Shown: positions 54,589 to 64,000 of the stretch, one piece after another
Layout: each line of letters starts with the position of its first letter
Numbering within the stretch: the stretch's first letter is position 1
From: Paramoeba atlantica
Taxonomy: Eukaryota > Protista > Discosea
Assembly: GCA_977017575.1 (NCBI GenBank)
Contig: CDRNVI010000018.1
Location: 186,001 to 250,000, forward strand
Length of the DNA: 64,000 nt
Direction: 5' to 3'
Program-made: the position numbers and the translations under genes
Notes under the pieces: model-generated
What the model saw: only the letters and a program-made list of their open reading frames with translations
The model's database searches: none
What the model was told of the DNA's origin: nothing

Positions 54589-55650
54589 ACTTATATAAAG
54601 GGTACTTTGTTAGCCGCCACTAACGATCTATTCTACATCATAATAGTTAGTTTCAACTTTATATAGAATCATCAAAAAAAAAAAAAAAAAAGCTGAGAGG
54701 TGAGAAGTTGTGTGATGGGAAGGTTACTTTGTTTTCTTTGGTTATAGTCAAAAAAAAAAAAAAAAAACTATATAGCTTCTTTTGGTTATTGGCAGATAAG
54801 TGTACGACCAGTGAAAGGGTGCAGTAGTGCGGGTAAGTTGCGTTATGTTGTTGTGGAGTGATGGGATGGAGAGTGAGGGAGCGAGGTGAGTGTGAGAAGC
54901 GAGGAGAGTGAGGGGAGCGAGGAGACGTGGGGGGCGAGGAGACTTGGTGTGCGTGAGTGACGTGCGAACGGGTTGGTTCGCGACGTGGTGGGCATAATGC
55001 CCGTTCGTAAGTTACATATAGGAAGTGATTGCTAGGTTCTAAGAGCTCTATTTTGTGATACTTCTGCTACGTGTGATACTTGTAATACTTATTGCAAAGT
55101 AAATGTGTATAGCCGGATAAATCTTCTACATGGGAAATATTGATTTCTTTGCTTACTTTCTTTTACGAAGTTTATGGCCAGGATAAAGGGTCCGTTGATT
55201 TCTATAAGTTTACGATATGAAATTTAGGAGACTTTATATTGTGCGTTGATATGTATATGGTGCCCCGAAAGGGGTCTAAACTATGTCTTCAAATTCCACC
55301 CCGAAATGGGTCTAAACTATTTATTTGTATACCAGGGACAGAATGTAATTATGAAATATATATTAGTGACATTTCCTCCTTTAAAACATCAAAAACGTAC
55401 CCACCCACCCAACCCCCAACCATTTCGCGACGTGGTGGGCATAATGCCCGTTCGTAAGTTACATATAGGAAGTGATTGCTAGGTTCTAAGAGCTCTATTT
55501 TGTGATACTTCTGCTACGTGTGATACTTGTAATACTTATTGCAAAGTAAATGTGTATAGCCGGATAAATCTTCTACATGGGAAATATTGATTTCTTTGCT
55601 TACTTTCTTTTACGAAGTTTATGGCCAGGATAAAGGGTCCGTTGATTTCT

Positions 55651-56370
55651 CTACTAACATCCGGTTCCATTCTGACGCACATAGCAGGCTGCACAAAATG
55701 CTCAGGGCTCAACGCAACCGTGAAACATAGCACGCTAGTGAATTTCCTCTATGAGTTAAGCTTGAAAGCTGGTATTCCTTGTGAGAAGGAACCGCGCCTA
55801 TATTCAACGTATCGGTGCACGCAATGCAATGAAGTAGTCGGGCCGGAATACAGGCAGACACATAGTAAAGTGTGCGGAGGGAAATCTTTTCGCCGCTCTG
55901 GACCAGATCTCGTAATTTACTGGAATGATGGAGAAATATATTACGATTTCACCGTGGTACATGAATTAGCGCCTTCAAATTTGGGAACGAAATGCAATAA
56001 GCTATTCCGGGACGCCATCAAACGAAAACACGATACTTATGTCGCAACAAATAAAATCGCGAAAGAAAAATTCAGATGTATTCCCATCCTCTCTGGTGGA
56101 TCCCTCCACTTCAATACGAAGTCGCTGTTAATGGCCCTCGCAGATGCGGGCAGCGTACCTCGACAGCAGCTTCAGCTTGAGCTACAACTTTTGCTACAGG
56201 AGCAAAATGGTGCCATACTATATTCACAACTTCGGAATTACCTTGAGAAGGACAAGGGGGCGCTCCAGTTCGCTATATAAAGAGTTTCTAAAGAGGGGCA
56301 GAGCTTCTAAAGCCTGCAGTCAGGATAGATTTTTCAGAACTTGAGATAGTAAAAAAAAAAAAAAAAAAAA
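55651..56370 (+). pseudogene. 3' RLE end of the family 2 copy that starts at 46180, with 3' UTR and A-tail
   Basis: THIAGCTKC, KHS, CEKEP, RSGPDL, YYDFTV; stop at 56280; A-run at about 56350-56370. Confidence 0.9.
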
Positions 56371-56570
56371 GGTCTTACAATAAGGAAAGGTCTTACAATA
56401 AGCGGTCTAAAATAAGGAAAGGTCTTACAATAAGGAAAGGTCTTACAATAAGGAATGGTTGGTTGTAATCCGATAGTGATCTTAGTAATGATAAAATCTT
56501 GTAATAATAACATCTTGTAATATGAGATGACCAATAAGGAAAGGTCTTACAATAAGGAAAGGTCTTACAA
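56371..56570. repeat. Mini-array of 18-mer GGTCTTACAATAAGGAAA (about 7 units) interrupted by an inverted copy of about 17544-17617
   Basis: Directly visible between two A-runs. Confidence 0.9.
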
Positions 56571-56586
56571 TAAAAAAAAAAAAAAA

Positions 56587-57623
56587 TAGCGTATCGCTAT
56601 TCGATGGATGTAGCGGTTGGGCTGGCATTGAGGAGCTGCGGAACGGGCATTTTTTGGCGTGAGAATCTTGTTTGTTTAATTCGTAGTGCTTGTTACAATT
56701 CTTGCACCGGAAACGCCCCTCCCCATTCCACCAGGTGTCTGAAACGTTGTCTCCGTGTCTGTGGTGAACGTGATTGTAGAATGCCCTCCATTGACCTCCG
56801 TGTGGCTCGGTCTTCCATGTGCAGCCTTCAGCAGGGCATTCCCGTACCTTGTTTTGTATGTGTGACCGTTCTGTCGAGACTGGTTGAGTTGAGGCTCTTC
56901 GGGAGCTTTGATCGTGGCGTTTGCGCTTACCTTCCGGGGAGTAGGGGACTTGGCCTACCGCTGTATCTGTGGCTGCCCCATCGCTGCTATCGCTTGCCGA
57001 ATCGTGTTTCGCTTGAAAGTGGGAGGATTTCTTGGGACTCTTCTTCTTTTTCCGACCTTTATTATGTCCGGACACAGAGAAGCTAAGCTCTCGAGGCGTA
57101 AGATCAGGAAAAAACATCTTTTCGGTTTCACAATTGTACGCGTTACGGTTGGACGTCCGAACGTGGCGCTCGAACTTCTCTTTCACAGCCTTGTTTGTGG
57201 ATTTTTGTTGGCTGGGTGAGAGAGAATCCGCTCCGGAAAATTGAAATTCGGAATGCTCGGATGGTTGCACCCTACAGAAAAGTTCTTCTTCGGTACATGT
57301 CTGGTGGTGCCCAGTGTCAGGTGTTTCGCCTTCTATGGAGCTTTCGATGATCATCGAGATTTCGTCGGCCTGTCGCAAAGATTCGGGTGAAGGGTCCGTT
57401 GGAAGTGGCGTCGTGTATAAGTTCTCGTCATAGGTGCTGGCGCCTTCAATGAGGTCTTTGTTCGCAGCGAATTGATCCCAGGAGCCGAGCTTGTGTGCCT
57501 CCGCCTCGCAATCGAAGTTTGAGTCTTTCTTTTCCTTAGAACGTGTCAGTACCATGAAAAGAAAGAATGGCTTAGGGTAAAGAAAAGGAAACAACAAGGT
57601 ACAGAAACTGTATCTTTATCGTT
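56587..57623 (-). mobile_element. 5' part of a family 1 copy: SL (57592-57623), ATG 57555, LsmAD-like domain, two zinc fingers; 3'-truncated
   Basis: GSWDQFAANKDLIEGASTYDENLYTTPLP..RQADEISMIIE; CPAEGC..HVHHRH; CKNC..H..C. Confidence 0.9.
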
Positions 57624-57631
57624 TTTTTTTT

Positions 57632-60203
57632 ATATACTTTTTTTTTTTTACTTTCTCAAGTTTACATAAACTTTTAGTACTGATTTTTGTCTATCTCTTC
57701 GCAGACTTTATAATTCCAATTTGTATCTTTTCTGTACTTTTGATTTCTTAAAGAATAGTGCTTTTCTGATAGTCTTGAGGCTCCAAAAAATGTCGGAGCT
57801 GTGCGTATACTTCGGATCCGTTCAGCTCTTGGAGTAGCAACTTGAATGCCTGTTCGGTTTTTTGGGTATCCAACAGGCAGACATCCGTCAGTGATTTAAT
57901 CAGGCCCCGTGTGCTCTTATGTAAAGACCCGCAGGACAAGACAGGAAGGCACTCAAAAGCTTCCGCCGGAATCATGCCACTATTGACATATGTTTCATTT
58001 TTCCGCTGTATAGCTTCTCGCACGAGTTGGGAACACTTTTTATTCCGATGGGAAGGCGCGAGCTCGTGCACCACAGTTAGGTCGTAGAACACCACGCCAC
58101 TGTTCCAGTAGATCGCAAGATCCGGGCCTGAGCGATGAAACTGCCGTCCTCCGCATGTTTTGTGGTGGAGATGCTGATTGTTGTAGTCGACTGTATTTCC
58201 GCATGTTAGACAACTCCACGTGCTAAAAGAACGCGGCTCTCTTTCGCATGGAATACCAGCTTTCATGCAAAGATCATACAGAAACTTGGTCAACATGTTG
58301 TGCTTCGCTGTGGCGTTGAAACCTGTACATTGCACGCATCCGGGGATGTGAGTTAGTGCAGTGTTTGCATCCATCAATGTTCGGCATCCAGGGCAAGTCA
58401 TAGCATCAGGAAGTCTCGGGTGATGTACTCCAAGACGGGGCATGACTGCTAGCTCGAATAAGTGCGGTGGTACATATCTTACATTGGACAGTAGCCAGTC
58501 ATAACTCCCCTTATTGGAGGTTGCTTTTAACGTCCCGGCCATTTGTGGATCGCTTACGAGTTTGTTCCATGCTTCCTCATGAAGTTTCGCTGCAGCGGTA
58601 ATTTCGTCAGTAGGTGGTTTTTGACGAGCGAGTTCTTGTTCATTTGCTGTCCCAGCGTGTTCAGTGCTATGAAACTGTGACGGCACAACTCGAGCTGAAA
58701 AAGATTTTATATGCTCAAAAGCTGCGTGTCGGGAAGCTTCATAAGCTGCCGCGCGCGTTGGGTGACACGCCGTGAGACCAAGTCCTCCTTTCTTCAGGGG
58801 TAACCTTGCTATGTCAATTTGTCTAGTCTGCAATGGGCCCATCCATGTTTGAAGTACGTTCTCGATTTCGCTATAAAAACGTTTACATGTTTGATCCGTG
58901 GCCTTGGGGTTGTGTGTCCTCATGTAGTACTGTTGACGAACGTTCACACTTTTTGTCAAAAGGATGAGGGATACGTTACTCATGCCCATTAGCTTTAGCC
59001 TGCGGAATATTACTTCTTGTTTGCCGATCTTTTGGAGCAATTTTTGACTGATGGCGTCGTCTTCTCCAATAAAAGCCCCCAGTACTTTAGTGGCCTGGCT
59101 CTCGGTTTGTACTCCTTCGGCTTGAAGAGCTTCTGGAATGGACTTGCCGAGGATGCCACCAAACCAAACACATTTATGCGCCGATAGTGCAAGATTGCTA
59201 GATGCGACAAGTGCCTTCAGCCTTTTAAAAGCGTTCGTGAGCTGATTCGGATCTTCGGATGTCAAATTGATATCGTCGATGTACGCATGTATGTTGATGC
59301 CAGGAAATTCTTCTGCAAGGGTTTCCAATACAGGTTGTAGGTATGTGCAGAAATACAGCGTGGATAGTGGCGATCCCTGTTTTACTCCTGAGGAACTTGA
59401 TACTGTGTCGACCAATTTACCTTCGCTGCCGTAGAAGAGAAGCTGAGATTGCTCGGAATATTCAGCCGCAAAATACCTTTGGAAGGGTCGGAGCGTTGCG
59501 ATACCGAAAACATGCTTTGCGACGTCATTCCTGGAGGGGGTGTTGAACGCATTTTTCAAGTCTACGGATAGGATGGAGTGGCCTGTCAAATATTTTTCGT
59601 GAAGGGTGTGTACTATCCTCTCGCAGCCCGCTTTTGACATTATCCCCTGCTGCATTGGCGCAAAAAGTGGCTCCAGGGTATTTTCATAGCGTTGAAAAAG
59701 AATGATTCCCGCTAACTTTCCAAAAACGTCTCCCATAGCAACTGGCCGAACGCCTCCATCTGGTTTCGGGATAGCGATCAACCTCGCTCTGTTTAGCCGC
59801 CGTAAAACTTGTCGCGAAAGAAAACCGTTCAGTAGATCGGCCATCATGTGACAAAGGCTCGTGCAGCACACTTCATCGTCCAGCAGAAGTCGTAGCACGT
59901 TGTCAGTCGTTCCCGTTGGGCCTGGGCTGACTCCCTTCGCTAGCCTTCGACCTGCTGCACGCAGCTCCTCTGGAGAGACCCCGGCGATGATTGGCGCGTC
60001 ATCTGGCAGTTTGAAGTCACATGTTTGTGCAGGGTGAAGCATTCGCAATTTTTCCAGCGTTTCGGCGTCGGACAGCATGTTGCGGGTGAAGGTCTGACCC
60101 ATGACCTTGGCCGCTTTAGTGGAGCACCCCTCAAGCACGAGTCTTGTCGCTTTCTTTACTGCTCGCACGTCATCGGCAGTTGTCTTGGATGCCGTCGTTT
60201 CTA
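57632..60203 (-). mobile_element. 5'-truncated CRE-like family 2 copy, ORF 57748-60168 (RT plus RLE, open)
   Basis: VDLKNAFN, GVKQGSPLS, AYIDD, CPGC, CEREP, RSGPDL, FYDLTV. Confidence 0.93.
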
Positions 60204-60967
60204 GAGCGCCTTAAACCCCTTTCAGCTCAGTCCGACAGTTTTTCATCAAATCCGATGTGTGGCATTTCGCGTTTCGTGTTCAAGGACGGAAGAGAGATGG
60301 ACAATTTGTGCCCTGCGACGACGAAGCGACACGGAGAGCGCGGTCTGGTTCACGAAAGTCTGCTGCTGCGCTACTTGAGCGACCTAAAACCCCATTCAGC
60401 TCAGTGCCTAGCACAGGAATTCGTACCATTCGCATCTCACGCCGAGATTGGAGAAAGAGTGATTTGTCGATGTGATGCCTATTTGACTTGTCGATATGTG
60501 GGGGTCCTAGTGAGGACCTGAAGATATGAAGACACCCCAAGGCTGGCGTAAAGTTAAAGTAGTACACAGAAAGCTGTAAGAGAAATGTCACATCGTCGGA
60601 GGACCCTCGCTTTCGCCCGCGCTCCGAAGCAAACGACACTGGAAAGGTGAAAAAGGCACTGAGTGTGGCATGCGCATGCAAAAAGATCATGTGCTCGTTG
60701 AAAGCAGGACGAGACACTCTTCATTTTGAAGGTTTGTTGATGAGCACGGAAAACCCACTTACGCTCCGGCAAACTGGAAAGATGGAGAGTGTTGCGGAAT
60801 GCTTTCAATGGGTAAGTGATGAGATTGTGTACTCTGAAGCAGAGGAAAGTGAGACTTCTTGTCTCGGAGGTTTGTTGATGAGCACGGATAACCCATTTAC
60901 GCTCCGGCAAACTGAAGAGACAGGAAGTTTCCTTCTTCCTGCTGAGGAGTGCACGTCTCTTGCGTGA
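60204..60967 (+). other. Degenerate non-retroelement sequence with internal repeats (possible host gene-family relic)
   Basis: LERLKPLSA and LSDLKPHSA repeat and also match 43250. LLMSTENPLTLRQT is duplicated at a 139-bp spacing. No product is recognisable. Confidence 0.35.
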
Positions 60968-61294
60968 TGCATGTCACCTCAAAAATCAAAATACAACACT
61001 GCATATGGTGTTCTTGATATTCAGGTCTGCGGTGCCTGCGATCATTATTTATGCTAACTTTTTCTAGTTTTGCTGAGATAAATTTCGTTGCGATGAAATT
61101 CTACTGCGATAAAAATTCTGAAAAGATAAAATTATGCTGCGATAAATTTCTGTAAAGATAAAATTATGCTTAAGACCACTTTTGAAATGAATAGGTATAA
61201 ACAAAAGGATTAAATCCCCAAATGCATATATACGGTCTAATAGGCATTGTCTTAATAAAAAAAAAATGTATTAAGACCACTTTTTGTATTAAGT

Positions 61295-62293
61295 GAATAC
61301 GAGAATGGACACGCATTGATTACGGTTGACTTCAGCAATGCGTATAACACTCCACGTCGTGACGCTATAACCCAGGCACTACTAGATAATCCCGTGTTTA
61401 AACCTTTCATGCGCATGTTTTATCTGGAATACGGCCTGCCATCTGAACTATTGTTTTTCGCCCACAATGCCCTTTTTGCAACCATAGAAAGCTCTTCAGG
61501 AATTCGCCAGGGATCATCCCTATCCTCCATGTACTTCTGTGCACTCTTACAAGGTCCTCTTCGAGAAGTCCTAAGCCTATACCCTGACGTCAAAATAAGA
61601 GCCTACCAAGACGACGTGACTCTCAGTTCCACCAACGTGCGATCACTCGAAGCGGCGTTCCTGCACTTACGCGAAACCACAGCCGAGCTCAATCTATGCG
61701 TTAACTTTCAAAAATGTGAATTCTTTCAGAAATGTGCGTCATGCGAACCCTTTTCATTAGAAAACTTAGGCGTTAATCTTTGCACCGAGTCGATAAAGAT
61801 CCTAGGAGCCTATATCGGCAAAGACAATGTGGTAGAAGATCTTCTCCTGCGCAAATTGAACAAGCACAAATGCCTATTTCGTCGCCTTCTTCTCATGGGC
61901 CCGAGTAACCTCTCTCTGGCGATTTTGCGCCGCTGTACAATTCCACGCCAAGACTACCATTTAAGAGTTCACCGCCCGGAGGCTACTCTTTACCTAGCCC
62001 AATCTTTCGAGCAGCACATACACGAGGTCCTGCAGAAATGGTGTGGCGCCGATGTCCAGGCACTCAAGCTTGCAGCGCTCCCGCAAAAACTAGGCGGATT
62101 AGGCTTGATTTCTTGCACTCTGAAACAACAATATTACTTCGCAGCTGCCCGAGAATCTATTGAAGAGCAATTTGAACCCAATAACGCTCCGGTAGATTCA
62201 GAGGGCAGCGGCAAGGTCAAAGCTAAAGCTCAGAGCCGCGCGGAAAAGGCCCGCAAATTTCTTAAAAAGAACCTGAGCCAAGCGCATGACAAG
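61295..62293 (+). pseudogene. CRE-like family 2 RT fragment (not in the ORF track because the frame runs off the window)
   Basis: Manual translation gives VDFSNAYN, GIRQGSSLS, AYQDD, KILGAYIG, LPQKLGGLG. Confidence 0.85.
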
Positions 62294-64000
62294 TTCTGTA
62301 CCTTGTTGATTTTAATTTTCTATTTTTCTACGCTTATGACACGCCTCTCTCGTACGTCTTCTCGTTTAGATTCCGAAAACACGCGGAAAAAGGGCAGCAG
62401 AACAACAGTGAACAACGGGAAGTCTCACGGGAGAGTTGAAAAACAACGTACTCAACGAGATCAAAGCAAGACGAACGGAATAAAGGTAGCAGAAGAATCA
62501 GGATCGCACACGGAGACACCAGTGAAGGTGAAGAAGACTCCAAAGATCAAGATAATAGGTTCCAAAACACTAGCCCCGAATTGGGCGGACCATGAGCCTC
62601 CGTGTGAAATCACATCGCGGAATCTAATCAAAATCAAAGCCAAGAACTTCCGCATCGGATCTACGAGTCAATCACACGAGAACATAGCCCATGACGAAAA
62701 CCATATCCAAGAGGACCCAGCCAAAGAAATGTCCGCAACAGAAAGCGAGACCAGTGATACAATGTGTCTGGACGACGATGGATCGACGCAAGATCGAGTA
62801 CAGGAGCTAATGACACAGGCCGGCAACAAATCGCCCGACCAAGTGTACAACATCGTTTCCAAGTGGGGCAAGGGTACAGAATGTGTGATCGAATGGGGCT
62901 TCCGACAGAACACTACAAACTACAAGTCAAACGGCATCGTTGTAGGCAGGACCGTGCGAAAATCAACCGTGAAAGTCAAGATTTCATACGAGCCGGCTCT
63001 AGGTCACGATGGTCCATGCGGTTTTCTTTATCTTCCACCGTCCAATAAAATCAGAATCTGTAACCTCCAAGCCACTAAGTTATTCAAAATCGAGATGCCG
63101 ACACAAAATTTGGAGGAACAAGCGGAGCACATCTCATGCGAAGACGGTCAGAGTGACCTTGATCCGCTCCCGCCTATGGCTCAAATAGACCCATCTTTCG
63201 CGGTTCATGTTGTGGCGATTTTCCGTGCGATAATTCGGGGATATGCAGCGGCGGAGCTTGACTCAGAAAAAGAGGCGATATGGCACAAATTTTTGAATGC
63301 GCCTCGCGATTCACTTGCGACAGTACGTCAAGCAATTCGACGAAACCAAAAAGTAGCTCATGTTCGCAACGACCGAGAAAACTTGGAAGCTAGCAACTTG
63401 AGTGCGGAACAACGGGCGGAGTTAGAAATTGACAGGCGTTCGATCAGGCACGCCCTACAGACGGCGCGGGCAGGAAACCTTGGCAAAGCAACTCGGATCC
63501 TGGACAATGTCTACAAGGAATCAGCCCTCACTCCTGAAGAAAAAGTGCGAAAGCTTCAACAACTTCATCCTGAAGGCGACGCCATACGAATCCCGGAAGC
63601 AGACTTCCCACGGACTGGCGTTGTTGAGAAATCAGAGGTTCGCCTAGCGACCGAAAAATTATCCAGAGGCGCTTCACCAGGACCAACCGGCCTGAGTGAA
63701 AGCATGATGCGACTGCTCGTAGACGACGAAGAGTCATGTCTTTCACTTTGCCACATGCTTCGGGATGTCATCAACGGCGAAGTTCCTCTGAATGTGCGAA
63801 AACGTCTAACCCGATGCAGAATCATCGCGCTAGCGAAACCTCAAAATGGAATTCGACCTATTGCGATGGGGGATACCATTCTGAAGATTTGCGGCTCCAT
63901 CCTTCTACAACGACATGAAAACGCTCTGCAAAATTTTTTCTCCCCAATTCAACGAGGCATTTTGCAAAAAAACGCATGTGAGTCCATCGTTCACGAACTT
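62294..64000 (+). mobile_element. CRE-like family 2 copy: 15-nt SL remnant (62294-62308), ATG 62336, ORF open to the window end
   Basis: TTCTGTACCTTGTTG. Manual translation gives MTRLSRTSS.. CVIEWGF..LYLPP.. GASPGPTG..KPQNGIRPIAMG. Confidence 0.88.

Larger units (their letters stand above)
50551..55650 (+). mobile_element. Tyrosine-recombinase retrotransposon C (TATE-like), intact ORFs, A1-ORFs-B1-A2-B2 terminal layout
   Basis: A1 50551-50793 matches A2 55204-55398; B1 54977-55203 matches B2 55424-55650. The host frame rejoins as CPGCKV|LLTSGSILTH. Confidence 0.94.

Noticed and set aside
8058-63918. The many 60-170 aa ORFs overlapping major ORFs on other frames
   Set aside because: They are shadow frames without motifs; only the YR/RT overlaps are supported, by conservation in three elements.

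Overview
Eukaryotic retroelement cluster. It is most likely euglenozoan (kinetoplastid/diplonemid-like), inferred from a spliced-leader (SL) motif with the CAGTTTCTGTAC core and from TATE/VIPER-like and CRE/SLACS-like elements. No intact host gene is recognisable. Four element groups are nested or joined head-to-tail: (1) RTE-like LINEs with microsatellite tails (one intact APE-RT-RNase H element, one truncated); (2) tyrosine-recombinase (DIRS-superfamily, TATE-like) elements with overlapping gag/YR/RT-RH frames, plus short derivatives; (3) CRE-like family 1 (LsmAD-like N-terminus, zinc fingers, RT, restriction-like endonuclease RLE, structured 3' UTR); (4) CRE-like family 2 (beta-barrel-like domain, RT, RLE with an extra zinc finger). 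Main findings: the 7.7-kb 17-mer array lies inside the 16-bp target-site duplication (TSD) of the RTE-like LINE, and that composite splits a YR-element RT frame that rejoins in frame; CRE family 1 carries an Ataxin-2/Pbp1 LsmAD-like domain; several elements start with a retro-copied SL, one joined exactly at an AG acceptor; and three YR elements share a gag-stop/YR in-frame plus RT -1 frame layout. All analysis was by eye; family assignments and RNA folds need computational confirmation.
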